Virus record (IMG/VR): IMGVR_UViG_3300012352_000444
Coordinates: 1-54,788 of that record
Direction: 5' to 3' (one strand)
Length of the DNA: 54,788 bases
Source of the DNA: a virus
Taxonomy: Duplodnaviria; Caudoviricetes
Under the pieces are notes generated by a model that saw only the letters and a program-made list of their open reading frames with translations, was not told the origin of the DNA and did not search any database. A program made the translations under genes and the position numbers. The number at the start of each line of letters is the position of its first letter. The first letter of the stretch is position 1. Shown here one piece after another: positions 8,007-16,765 of this stretch.

Positions 8007-8031
8007 CTTATACAAGGTATATTGATATACT
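8003..8031 (+). promoter_or_regulatory. sigma70-type promoter
   Basis: TTGACT-N17-TATACT. Confidence 0.7.
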
Positions 8032-8068
8032 TGATACATAAACTTATAAGGGCAGTTAGGGGAATGCA

Positions 8069-8146
8069 ATGACAGATTTTGGTCAAACAGTAGCTATCTT
8101 TTTTTTGTGGATAACTCTTATGGTTCATCTTTTTGAGAAGAAGTAA
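8069..8146 (+). CDS. 25-aa hydrophobic microprotein
   Basis: AGGGG SD; MTDFGQTVAIFFLWITLMVHLFEKK. Confidence 0.45.
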   Translation: MTDFGQTVAIFFLWITLMVHLFEKK

Positions 8147-8147
8147 T

Positions 8148-8354
8148 ATGCTTAGTTTTGAAATCCCCGATCCATTTGAGGTATTCCTAGAACATAAGTA
8201 TGCCAACTTTAAGGGTATGCGTTATGACTTCTTTGCTAGAGAGTGGACTGGTCAATGCTTAGCGTGTGGAGAAGAACTTTACTCCCCAAGTAAAAAGGAG
8301 TATACTAAGAATAGGCTTTATCATACAAGAAATGTTTGTATTGGAGGATACTGA
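8148..8354 (+). CDS. Small Zn-finger-like hypothetical protein
   Basis: CLAC...HTRNVC. Confidence 0.65.
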   Translation: MLSFEIPDPFEVFLEHKYANFKGMRYDFFAREWTGQCLACGEELYSPSKKEYTKNRLYHTRNVCIGGY

Positions 8355-8983
8355 TGACACATGATGAACTAATTGATCCATTTTTATATAATATTTTTTT
8401 TAAAGAATATAAGGTTAATGAAAATGACATAGCAATATCTTTGGGGGCAGGAGAAGGAGAAGAGACAGAATACCTTTCAGAAATGGTTGGTCCCAATGGA
8501 AAGGTTTTTGCTATCGAAGCAGATCCAAGAGTTTTTGCAGCACTACAAAGCAATATATCAAAATATAAATATAAAAATGTTATAGCTTTAAATATTGCAA
8601 TCGCTGATTTTGAAGGATCAATTAATATTGTAGACCTCGGTGGTAATGGTGTAGAGAATTATGTGCAGAAAGAAGAAGCAGAGAATTCTGTTCCTGTAGC
8701 ATGTACAACAATGGACAAGTTTGTGTTAGATTATGAGCTTGAAAAGATTGATTACATAAAAGTAAATATTGAAGGGGCTGAAGTAGAATTTCTAAAAGGC
8801 TTTCAAGAAAAGTATCAAATTGTAAAGAATTGGTGCATCTCTTGTCATGACTTTACAGGTGTTGAAAATCAAAAGACATTTGCTTTTGTTACTAACTACT
8901 TTAAAGAAAGAAATGTTGAGTTTAGAACTTATGAAGACTTACCATTCCCAATCGGTGAGTTTTATGTATTTATATCTAATTAG
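8354..8983 (+). CDS. FkbM-family methyltransferase
   Basis: SLGAGEG, VFAIEADP, IDYIKVNIEGAE. Confidence 0.85.
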   Translation: MTHDELIDPFLYNIFFKEYKVNENDIAISLGAGEGEETEYLSEMVGPNGKVFAIEADPRVFAALQSNISKYKYKNVIALNIAIADFEGSINIVDLGGNGVENYVQKEEAENSVPVACTTMDKFVLDYELEKIDYIKVNIEGAEVEFLKGFQEKYQIVKNWCISCHDFTGVENQKTFAFVTNYFKERNVEFRTYEDLPFPIGEFYVFISN

Positions 8984-8994
8984 GAGATATCGTA

Positions 8995-9204
8995 GTGACA
9001 CATAATGAACTGCTAGATAAGATAAATATACTTGGACATACTTCTTCTTGGGCTGCCCTTCGTGCAGTAGTGGAATTGCATAGCCCAATAAGTAGTTATA
9101 TGTTCAATGATAATGTGTGTGAGCATTGCAGCGTTATAGATGATAATACAGAGATGATCTATCCCTGCCCAACTATTCAGGCTATCGAGAAGGAGTTGTC
9201 ATGA
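8995..9204 (+). CDS. Hypothetical protein
   Basis: ALRAVVELH.P...CxxC...YPCPT motif typical of actinophage small proteins. Confidence 0.7.
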   Translation: MTHNELLDKINILGHTSSWAALRAVVELHSPISSYMFNDNVCEHCSVIDDNTEMIYPCPTIQAIEKELS

Positions 9205-9320
9205 CAGAAACTGTTAAATGTTATACATGCAATGGTAATAACAGTTTTGATTGGTTCTGGGAATCACATCAAACAATGCCAGATGGAAAGATATGGTGCG
9301 TTAATGCCAAGAGAGCCTAA
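9201..9320 (+). CDS. 39-aa microprotein (not in ORF track)
   Basis: AAGGAG SD; MTETVKCYTC... Confidence 0.55.
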   Translation: MTETVKCYTCNGNNSFDWFWESHQTMPDGKIWCVNAKRA

Positions 9321-9438
9321 AATTATGAAGATGGATTGGAAATCACTTGGATATGAAAGAGAATATAAAGATGGAAGATTACGATGGGTACCAATGGAAC
9401 TTTATAAAGCAACACAAGACGAAGATCCTTCCTCTTAG
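9304..9438 (+). CDS. Small hypothetical protein
   Basis: MPREPKIMKMDW...; overlaps neighbours. Confidence 0.45.
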   Translation: MPREPKIMKMDWKSLGYEREYKDGRLRWVPMELYKATQDEDPSS

Positions 9439-9607
9439 GTGGTTTGCTAACTTTTGTGAGAAAGCTGCAGCCTATCATTTAGAGGAGGCTCTACGTTATG
9501 ATGATTACAATAATCATGGATTAATGTTTAAATTCCACGCAAAGTTATCAACAATATTATACAAGCCATACTTTAAATGGGGAACTTTTTATAAAATGAA
9601 TATGTAA
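9371..9607 (+). CDS. Hypothetical protein (start uncertain)
   Basis: ORF track 9347-9607. Confidence 0.55.
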   Translation: MEDYDGYQWNFIKQHKTKILPLRWFANFCEKAAAYHLEEALRYDDYNNHGLMFKFHAKLSTILYKPYFKWGTFYKMNM

Positions 9608-9618
9608 AGTAATGTAAT

Positions 9619-9692
9619 GTCCCAATAGCTCAGTTGGTTAGAGCCCCGAACTCATAATTCGGTAGTCGTAGGTTCAAGTCCTACTTGGGACA
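9619..9692 (+). tRNA. tRNA-CAT (elongator Met or Ile2)
   Basis: GTCCCAA/TTGGGAC; CCGAA-CT-CAT-AA-TTCGG; paired 1-72 so not initiator; C4-G69/C5-G68 suggest Ile2. Confidence 0.9.
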
Positions 9693-9696
9693 CTAA

Positions 9697-9769
9697 GCCC
9701 TTATAGCCCAGCGGTAGAGGCGGTGGACTTAAAATTCATACAGCGTTGGTTCGAATCCAACTAAGGGTA
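9697..9769 (+). tRNA. trnL: tRNA-Leu (TAA), short variable arm
   Basis: GCCCTTA/TAAGGGT; GTGGA-CT-TAA-AA-TTCAT; GGTTCGAATCC. Confidence 0.9.
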
Positions 9770-9773
9770 CTAG

Positions 9774-9856
9774 GGAAGATTGGCTGAGTGGCTTAAAGCA
9801 GTCGGTTGCTAACTGACCGTACGAAAGTACCACAGGTTCGAATCCTGTATCTTCCG
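9774..9856 (+). tRNA. trnS: tRNA-Ser (GCT)
   Basis: GGAAGAT/ATCTTCC; GCT anticodon; long variable arm GTAC-GAAA-GTAC; G discriminator. Confidence 0.93.
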
Positions 9857-9900
9857 CTTATGTAGTATAATTAAAAATAAAGAAAGCGATATACATAATT

Positions 9901-11232
9901 ATGCAAAGAAAAACAATAACCTTACATACTGCATCGTGGAATAACTACTGGGATAAGTATGGACAAGAGTGGGCATCAAATGTTAATAAATTTAACACTA
10001 AGCCAGACGAAATTATCATTGTTTCTGATTTGCCTATTAATTTTTCTATGCTTAATCATTCAAATGTTAAAAATATAGTTATACCTATTGTTGGTCCACA
10101 TAAAATTTTGCCATATTATAGAAATGAAGCAGTTAAGGCAGCAACTTCTGATTGGATTGTTGCATCTGATCTTGATGACATACCACTTGAAAATTATTTG
10201 GATGATCTAGATGATAACTCAGATATTAATGCATTTTGCTTTCAAGATTTAGACGTAAACAAAGTTTATTCTGCCAACCGTAAGGCACTAAAACAATTAC
10301 TAATGAATACTTCTAAAGGTGATTATATTCCTGGAACTTCAGCAATTAAAAAATACATTTTTGATATAATACATTACGAAGACAACTGCTACGAAGATAA
10401 TATATTTTATTCAACTGCATCATTATTAAATATAAAATGTGTAAAAGATAAATTAGACTCTCCGAGATTTATTTACTCTGGATTTCATCCTGAAAAAAAT
10501 AACTCAGAACTACTTAGAGTTGGAGAGATATACAAAAAAGTTTTAAAAAATAATAGAAACGTATATTGCTTTTGGTTTTCTGATGATATGAGCGATAATA
10601 GAAAAAATTGTCTAAAAGTATTAAAAGAAAAATCTAATGTAAATATTGTTTTAATAGACTTTGAAAATTTTTATTTATATCAAAATGAGGAAATTCCTAT
10701 TCATGATGGTTTTAAATATCTTAGCGATATTCAAAAAAGTGATTACGCAAGAGCATACATGATGTATTTTTATGGTGAAGGATATTCAGATATAAAAGCA
10801 AATGATTTTGACTGGAATCCATACTTTGATAAGCTTTTTACAAGCAAGTATTATGCTATTGGATATAAAACTGCAAATCAAGAAGATATTGGTGAATTTT
10901 GGAATAATGATGAAAATATGAAAATGACATGTTTAGATAGATATGCAGATATTGCTGGTAATGGACATTATATTTTTAAGCCAAAAACAAAGTTTGCATA
11001 TGATTGGCTAATGGAAATTCATAGCATGATGGATTATAATTATGAAGATTTAAAAAATAATCCTGGTATTGATCCAAGACAATCAAGAGATATAGTAAAA
11101 GTTAAAAAAAATGACTACCCTTTTAGATGGGCAGAAATTGGTGGACTAGTAAAGCATAGGATTGAATATCGGCACGACTTTTCAACCTTTATATTAGAGA
11201 TGCCTCATGCCAATATAGAAAATTATATATAA
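9901..11232 (+). CDS. Two-domain glycosyltransferase (GT-A N-terminus plus GT32/capsular-synthesis-like C-terminus)
   Basis: RNEAV...DWIVASDLDD; C-terminal VYCFW, KSDYARAY, GEGYSDIK. Confidence 0.7.
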   Translation: MQRKTITLHTASWNNYWDKYGQEWASNVNKFNTKPDEIIIVSDLPINFSMLNHSNVKNIVIPIVGPHKILPYYRNEAVKAATSDWIVASDLDDIPLENYLDDLDDNSDINAFCFQDLDVNKVYSANRKALKQLLMNTSKGDYIPGTSAIKKYIFDIIHYEDNCYEDNIFYSTASLLNIKCVKDKLDSPRFIYSGFHPEKNNSELLRVGEIYKKVLKNNRNVYCFWFSDDMSDNRKNCLKVLKEKSNVNIVLIDFENFYLYQNEEIPIHDGFKYLSDIQKSDYARAYMMYFYGEGYSDIKANDFDWNPYFDKLFTSKYYAIGYKTANQEDIGEFWNNDENMKMTCLDRYADIAGNGHYIFKPKTKFAYDWLMEIHSMMDYNYEDLKNNPGIDPRQSRDIVKVKKNDYPFRWAEIGGLVKHRIEYRHDFSTFILEMPHANIENYI

Positions 11233-11244
11233 TATTTTTATAGC

Positions 11245-11273
11245 TTGACATGATCATTTTTTAGTGCTATGAT
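11245..11273 (+). promoter_or_regulatory. sigma70-type promoter
   Basis: TTGACA-N17-TATGAT with TGn. Confidence 0.75.
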
Positions 11274-11298
11274 TAGTAAACAACAAAAGGAGATCAAT

Positions 11299-11388
11299 AT
11301 GGTTGAAATTTTTATTAGCTTTGCACTTGGATTTGCATCTGCATATGCTCTTGATACACTTCTAGTATGGAGTGATCGTCGCAAGTGA
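11299..11388 (+). CDS. 29-aa membrane microprotein
   Basis: AAGGAG SD; MVEIFISFALGFASAYALDTLLVWSDRRK. Confidence 0.6.
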   Translation: MVEIFISFALGFASAYALDTLLVWSDRRK

Positions 11389-11504
11389 AAGAATCAGAGT
11401 TTGACGAAGAGTTTGATCTAGAAGCAACAACTAAGGCTATTGTAGAAAAAGCAAAGGCAGAAGTAAAATCAAAATATGGAAATAAGAAACGACATAGGCA
11501 GTAG
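11385..11504 (+). CDS. 39-aa microprotein
   Basis: GTGA coupling; MKESEFDEEF...KKRHRQ. Confidence 0.55.
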   Translation: MKESEFDEEFDLEATTKAIVEKAKAEVKSKYGNKKRHRQ

Positions 11505-11512
11505 GTAATTTG

Positions 11513-11623
11513 ATGTTAGATATGATTATTGGTGTTACCTCTGCTGCAGTGGTTGTTTTTAGCTTTTACTTTATCCTTATTGGAATAAGCAAGATTATGG
11601 GAGATTATAAAAATGACAAATAA
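11513..11623 (+). CDS. 36-aa membrane microprotein
   Basis: MLDMIIGVTSAAVVVFSFYFILIGISK... Confidence 0.5.
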   Translation: MLDMIIGVTSAAVVVFSFYFILIGISKIMGDYKNDK

Positions 11624-11840
11624 CTGGACAGAAGAGTTAACTGATACACAAAAAGAACAGATATGGGACTTTATTGTGTTTACTGTTACTGAGATTAGAG
11701 AACAGATTGCTCAGGACATTGAGGCTACCGTGCCAGTTTGGGAAAACCTTGGCTATGTGAAGAGTCGTAGGACTCGTGCAGCATTTAAGGTTGCAGCTGC
11801 TATTGCAAGAGGCCAAAATGAGCGACTTCCAAACAACTAA
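11613..11840 (+). CDS. Hypothetical protein
   Basis: GGAG SD; EIREQIAQDIE...AAAIARG. Confidence 0.7.
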   Translation: MTNNWTEELTDTQKEQIWDFIVFTVTEIREQIAQDIEATVPVWENLGYVKSRRTRAAFKVAAAIARGQNERLPNN

Positions 11841-12264
11841 CTTTCAGGCTGAATCAAAGAAATCTGGAGATGAATTTGAAGCAATTGTTGAAAAAGATCT
11901 TCGCTCTAGGGGATTTACCAAGATTATTAAGAACTTCTATGTTCCTCTTACTGGCTGCGAGGTTGACTTTCTTGCTGAAACAGAAGAAGGAGAAGTAGAG
12001 TATGTTGAATCTAAGGGTGGTAATGCTGGAGAAAAGAAGCGACCAGGAGCTAAGCGTACAGATAATGTAAAGAAGGCTATTGCCAATGCTGCGTTAATTA
12101 AGACTAGATATCCAGACATCAAGTATGTTATTTATTTTTCAGCCCATCAAGATCCCCGCACATATTCAGACGAAATGATTAAAACAGCCATTGAATTTGG
12201 CTTAGTAGACGAGGTAAGATATATGCTAAGCCTAGTAGAAGTTGCCTCAGATATAGACTTTTAG
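11818..12264 (+). CDS. PD-(D/E)XK restriction-endonuclease-like nuclease
   Basis: SGDEFE..V...EVDF...YVESKG. Confidence 0.7.
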   Translation: MSDFQTTNFQAESKKSGDEFEAIVEKDLRSRGFTKIIKNFYVPLTGCEVDFLAETEEGEVEYVESKGGNAGEKKRPGAKRTDNVKKAIANAALIKTRYPDIKYVIYFSAHQDPRTYSDEMIKTAIEFGLVDEVRYMLSLVEVASDIDF

Positions 12265-12290
12265 CCAAAATCTTATGATATAATTTTGGT

Positions 12291-12563
12291 ATGACTACTC
12301 ACTCACTCACTGTGCTTTCTTCAACACCTACAAGAATTAGCCCTCCAAAGGTACACTCTGGTGTTGACATTACAATTCAAAACGTTGACTCATCTGCCAA
12401 TGTTTATATTGGATCATCTACAGTATCAACTACAAATTATGGATATAAGCTTGCTGCAAATCAGGCAATCTCTTTTGTTCTTAAGTCAAATGATGATCTT
12501 TATGCTATTACAGATGCTGCTCCTACATCAAATGTTGCTATTCTAACAGTCGGGATTAATTAA
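12291..12563 (+). CDS. Small beta-rich protein, possibly virion-associated
   Basis: IQN...VYIG...V....GYKL pattern; leaderless. Confidence 0.65.
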   Translation: MTTHSLTVLSSTPTRISPPKVHSGVDITIQNVDSSANVYIGSSTVSTTNYGYKLAANQAISFVLKSNDDLYAITDAAPTSNVAILTVGIN

Positions 12564-12567
12564 TCTT

Positions 12568-13002
12568 ATGTCCCGTTTTAATGGTAAACGTGGACGCTTT
12601 TCAAGATTTAGCTTATCTACTTCATCTACCCCACCATCCCCATTTGCATACAGTTGGACAGTTCCTTGGACAGGCACAGAGTATACACAATATTTTTATG
12701 TAACCATAGACCGTCCTGATACAAATTATGCTACTACTTCACTTTATTCGCTAAATCCACGAAGCGTGGCGGGATATCCTCAAACTAATATGGTAAAAAC
12801 CTTTACAATTTCTGGATTAACTGGTGCAGTTGCTGCCTTCAATGGTAAAACCATTACGGCTACCTGTTATGTAGACCAAATGGAATCGCAAATCGGTTTT
12901 GGTGTAGATTTCACAAACACTTGGAAATCAGTTTTCGGCACAGAAGAATTTGTCGCTAATCCAGGAGTTACATTTCCTGGCTTTACATTGAACTGGAATT
13001 AG
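12568..13002 (+). CDS. Hypothetical protein
   Basis: ORF track; Thr-rich. Confidence 0.65.
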   Translation: MSRFNGKRGRFSRFSLSTSSTPPSPFAYSWTVPWTGTEYTQYFYVTIDRPDTNYATTSLYSLNPRSVAGYPQTNMVKTFTISGLTGAVAAFNGKTITATCYVDQMESQIGFGVDFTNTWKSVFGTEEFVANPGVTFPGFTLNWN

Positions 13003-13010
13003 GAGGTAAA

Positions 13011-13151
13011 ATGGCGCTTACTACAGAGCAAAGAAATGTGTTGGATTTGCTATCAAAGGCAAAGACCAGTAAAGAAAAAGATAACGCATGGATTCAATAC
13101 AAAATACATTTTCTTGACAACATAAAAGACAGTACAATAAGTAAATCCTGA
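13011..13151 (+). CDS. 46-aa microprotein
   Basis: AGGAGG SD; MALTTEQRNVLDLL... Confidence 0.6.
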   Translation: MALTTEQRNVLDLLSKAKTSKEKDNAWIQYKIHFLDNIKDSTISKS

Positions 13152-13230
13152 ACCATAATAGGCCCTAACTGACTAAATAAAATAATATCAGCAATTTTAC
13201 AAATTTAGTTAGATAAGGTATAATATATAT

Positions 13231-13485
13231 ATGAAAGAAATCTTACATTTTACTGCTTCATGGTGCAATCCATGTCAAGTCATCAAACCAATTATTGAAG
13301 AGTTTGTTGACAAACATCCAGAAGTCATGTATACTAAAATAGATGTCGATGAAAATCGGGATAAAGTGAATCACTACGAAATACAAAGTGTTCCAACACT
13401 TATTATCTTAGAAGATCAGTTTATCTTTGATAGACATAGCGGTGTGTTGACATTAGAACAATTAAATAATCTAGTAAAGCCTTAA
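13231..13485 (+). CDS. trxA: Thioredoxin
   Basis: FTASWCNPC, KIDVD, IQSVPT. Confidence 0.9.
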   Translation: MKEILHFTASWCNPCQVIKPIIEEFVDKHPEVMYTKIDVDENRDKVNHYEIQSVPTLIILEDQFIFDRHSGVLTLEQLNNLVKP

Positions 13486-13490
13486 GACAA

Positions 13491-13563
13491 TGGCCCATAG
13501 CTCAGTTGGTAGAGCGTCGAACTGTTAATTCGAATGTCCCAGGATCGAGACCTGGTGGGCCAG
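13491..13563 (+). tRNA. trnN: tRNA-Asn (GTT)
   Basis: TGGCCCA/TGGGCCA; TCGAA-CT-GTT-AA-TTCGA; atypical T-loop ATCGAGA. Confidence 0.9.
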
Positions 13564-13567
13564 CATT

Positions 13568-13639
13568 GTCTCCATCGTCTAATGGTTAGGACTCCAGATT
13601 TTCAATCTGGCAACAGGGGTTCAACTCCCCTTGGAGATA
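13568..13639 (+). tRNA. trnE: tRNA-Glu (TTC)
   Basis: GTCTCCA/TGGAGAT; CCAGA-TT-TTC-AA-TCTGG. Confidence 0.92.
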
Positions 13640-13650
13640 CGTAGTAAATT

Positions 13651-13721
13651 GCGGATGTTGCATATTGGTAGTGCCTCTGCCTTCCAAGCAGAAGGGGTGA
13701 GTTCGATTCTCATCATCCGCT
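13651..13721 (+). tRNA. trnG: tRNA-Gly (TCC)
   Basis: GCGGATG/CATCCGC; TCTGC-CT-TCC-AA-GCAGA; T discriminator. Confidence 0.92.
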
Positions 13722-13725
13722 CAAC

Positions 13726-13797
13726 GCCTCTGTAGCTCAGTGGAAGAGCATACGGTTTCTACCCGTCAGGCCAGGAGTTCGAATCTCTTCAGGGGCA
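13726..13797 (+). tRNA. trnR: tRNA-Arg (TCT)
   Basis: GCCTCTG/CAGGGGC; ACGG-TT-TCT-AC-CCGT. Confidence 0.9.
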
Positions 13798-13798
13798 C

Positions 13799-14482
13799 TT
13801 AAAACTTTTCATAATTGGTTTTGTCTGGAAAAAGACTATTTAAATAATCTTTAACCTTATCAAATGATCCATCTTCAGTAGAGATTATCCCTACTCCATT
13901 ATTAATAGATGAGCTATGCTCTAGCATATTTTTGGTTGAATATATCTTTACATCTTTAATGTCTATCCCACCAATACCATGCATATTTCCGTACAATGAT
14001 CGGGGAGCTAAAGAAATATTTATAAAACTATCTATCTTAGTCTTATCAATAACAATAGGTGTATGAATATCATAGTCTAATGGATCACTTATCTTAAGCT
14101 TTATTAGTTTCTTATATGCATGTAGAAGTATTCTTGTGTACTTATTATGGTTATTAATAGCAGTATATCTATCTATCTTATCAATCAATCTACCGCCATG
14201 AAAAATAGGCATATCTCCAATAGGCTTAGTAATGAAGAAGTCGTCGTTCATTAATACAAACTCGTTTGATATTGCTCCAAGCTGTGAGATGACCTTATAG
14301 CAATTTTGTATATTTTCAAATTTATTTCCGATATCTTCTACCTCTACATAGTTGCCACGGTACCAATCTGGAATGCCCCCTATAACCCATATGGAGTCGT
14401 ATGAGCAGTTTTTAACTACTGATCGTATAGAGTATCTAAGTTCCTCATTATCCCCTGCCCTACAGATATAAACATAGTCCAT
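13799..14482 (-). CDS. Stealth-family-like sugar-phosphotransferase
   Basis: DYVY, DNEELRYSIRSV, FVLMNDDFF, HTP motifs; leaderless start at 14482. Confidence 0.7.
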   Translation of the reverse strand: MDYVYICRAGDNEELRYSIRSVVKNCSYDSIWVIGGIPDWYRGNYVEVEDIGNKFENIQNCYKVISQLGAISNEFVLMNDDFFITKPIGDMPIFHGGRLIDKIDRYTAINNHNKYTRILLHAYKKLIKLKISDPLDYDIHTPIVIDKTKIDSFINISLAPRSLYGNMHGIGGIDIKDVKIYSTKNMLEHSSSINNGVGIISTEDGSFDKVKDYLNSLFPDKTNYEKF

Positions 14483-14538
14483 ACTATAATTATATCCTAT
14501 GCTATAATTATTTAGAACATTGCAGAAAGGCAAAGATA

Positions 14539-15273
14539 ATGAAAAAAGACACAATATTTATTTATTCAATCATTAGAAATAGAGAAGAGAGTGTAAATAC
14601 ATTTTACAGACAAGTAAAAGATATAGTTAAACTATTTCCACAGTATAATTTTTTGCTTTGCCTTTATGAAAATGACTCAACAGATAGAACAAAAGAAAGA
14701 ATCTCAAAATTAGATTGGTCATTTATTGAGCATGAGATTATTATGGAAGACATTGGAACACAATATTTTGGATCAACCAACGAAGAGATGCGTGTAAAAG
14801 TCTTATCAGATGCTAGAAATAAAGCTTTGGAGGCAAAAGACTTTTTACAAAGAAGTGACTACGTATTGATGCTTGAAGCAGATATGGCCTTTACCATGCA
14901 GTCAATTGATCGAATTTTTAGATTTAAGGAAAGTATTCCTGATTTTGATGTTGTGTCTGCTAGATCAATCAATCCGAATGGTAGAGGAAAGCTTTATGAT
15001 ACATGGGGCACAAGAAGAGATAGTACTGAAAAAGTTGGACATCTTCACGGAGATTGGTCATCTTATAAATATCAAAAATATTATGCAACATCAAATGGAA
15101 TTTGTATGTATCGTTCACAACCCCTTAAAGATGGAATTAGGTATAGTCACTTTAATAAAACACTAGGACACCACGATTGCGAAATGGTTGTTATTTGTGA
15201 TGAACTACAAAGAGCTGGATATAGCAATATCTATATGGTTTACTCAGCAACAGCAGTACACGTAGGTAGATAA
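14539..15273 (+). CDS. Glycosyltransferase, CAP59/Anp1-like GT-A fold
   Basis: LYENDSTDRT, ARNKAL, EAD, YDTW. Confidence 0.7.
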   Translation: MKKDTIFIYSIIRNREESVNTFYRQVKDIVKLFPQYNFLLCLYENDSTDRTKERISKLDWSFIEHEIIMEDIGTQYFGSTNEEMRVKVLSDARNKALEAKDFLQRSDYVLMLEADMAFTMQSIDRIFRFKESIPDFDVVSARSINPNGRGKLYDTWGTRRDSTEKVGHLHGDWSSYKYQKYYATSNGICMYRSQPLKDGIRYSHFNKTLGHHDCEMVVICDELQRAGYSNIYMVYSATAVHVGR

Positions 15274-15274
15274 T

Positions 15275-15961
15275 ATGGAATATAAAAATTTAACACAGAT
15301 AATGATTACAGATGATGGAGTTTTAGTTGACGTTAAAGAAAGAACTGATCATCTTAAAACATTTACAAAAAACTTTAATTATAAACTCTGGGATAAGCAA
15401 TCAATTATTAGTTTAATGGAAGAAGACAATAATATTGACTATATTGATGCTTTTAATAAGATAAAGCCATACTCGTTTAAAGCAGATTTAGCTAGATTTT
15501 ATATAATTAATAAGTTTGGCGGATGGTACACAGATATAAATAATAGACAGCTATTAGACTTTCCAAATACAGAAAATATAGATATGATTGTTTTTAGAGA
15601 AAGACTTGTTCATACTCATACATCTTGGGCTGTCGCTACTAACTTTTTTTATTCTACTCCAAACAATATAGTATTAAGTCATGCGTTAGACACAATGATC
15701 TACAATATAAAAAATAATTTTTATGGCAAGCATGCTTTATATCCTACAGGACCTACTATGTTTGGTAGATCTATTGCCTATGCTTCTTATTACTCTGATA
15801 CTAATATACAATATGGAGATTTTGTAGAAAATAAACCAAACAAATTTTTATATAATGGAAAGTTTATTGCAGAGTCAAAACTTTTTACAGAAGGAAATGT
15901 TAATCATCCTGGAACAAATCACTATCCAAGCATGTGGCATAATAAAGATATATATAATTAG
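15275..15961 (+). CDS. GT32 (OCH1-like) glycosyltransferase
   Basis: KADLARF, GGWYTDI, TGP. Confidence 0.8.
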   Translation: MEYKNLTQIMITDDGVLVDVKERTDHLKTFTKNFNYKLWDKQSIISLMEEDNNIDYIDAFNKIKPYSFKADLARFYIINKFGGWYTDINNRQLLDFPNTENIDMIVFRERLVHTHTSWAVATNFFYSTPNNIVLSHALDTMIYNIKNNFYGKHALYPTGPTMFGRSIAYASYYSDTNIQYGDFVENKPNKFLYNGKFIAESKLFTEGNVNHPGTNHYPSMWHNKDIYN

Positions 15962-15973
15962 GAGATACGATTA

Positions 15974-16765
15974 ATGATACCTAAAATAATTTGGCAAACA
16001 TATAAAGATGATTTTAATAAAATGCCAGTTCAAGCTCAGAGATGTGCTGCTACATGGAAAAAACAAAATCGTGGATATGAATATAAATATTTTAATGATA
16101 AAGACGCTGCAACAATTATTTTAAAAGATTTTGGAAGAGAATGGCATGACCTATTCGTCAATGTTCCAATTGGAGTTGTACGTGGGGATATATTTAGATA
16201 TCTAATGATTTATAAGTACGGTGGGATTTATAGTGATATCGATACTATTTGTCAAACGCCAGCTTCAGAGTGGTTGGACGGTCCAGTTGACAGTAAAGAT
16301 AACTATGATGCCATATTTTCTGTAGAGTTATTAAAGGGAGATGCACAAAAGCCATATAGAATTTGTCAGTGGACTTTTGCTGCTGTTCCTGGACTAGATA
16401 TATTTAAAAATATAATTAATCGTGTTAAAGTACAGCTTGAAGCTATTGACTGGAGCTTAGTAACTGATGTGAATACAGCTGTTCATTTTGTAAGTGGTCC
16501 AGATATTTTTTCATTAGCAATATTGGAAGAAATGGGCTTTGCCAATGAAATTAATGGTCAACTTGTTGCAGATCAATCTGTTGATCTTTTAAATAACGTA
16601 TCAATTGTAAATAATAGTTCCTATGCAAAAGAAAATAAAATATTTATTTATGGAGATAACCACTCTGGATTATTTAATAGACGTGCTGTCAGACATATGT
16701 ATGCTGGAAGCTCTGAGTACTGGAACGATGGAGTATATGTTCAATGGAAAAAACAAACTATCTAA
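15974..16765 (+). CDS. GT32 (OCH1-like) glycosyltransferase
   Basis: MIPKIIWQT, DIFRY, GGIYSDID, CQWTFA, SGP. Confidence 0.88.
   Translation: MIPKIIWQTYKDDFNKMPVQAQRCAATWKKQNRGYEYKYFNDKDAATIILKDFGREWHDLFVNVPIGVVRGDIFRYLMIYKYGGIYSDIDTICQTPASEWLDGPVDSKDNYDAIFSVELLKGDAQKPYRICQWTFAAVPGLDIFKNIINRVKVQLEAIDWSLVTDVNTAVHFVSGPDIFSLAILEEMGFANEINGQLVADQSVDLLNNVSIVNNSSYAKENKIFIYGDNHSGLFNRRAVRHMYAGSSEYWNDGVYVQWKKQTI

Noticed and set aside
8106-8114. Fourth DnaA box
   Set aside because: Isolated and inside a plausible small ORF (L-W-I codons); may be chance
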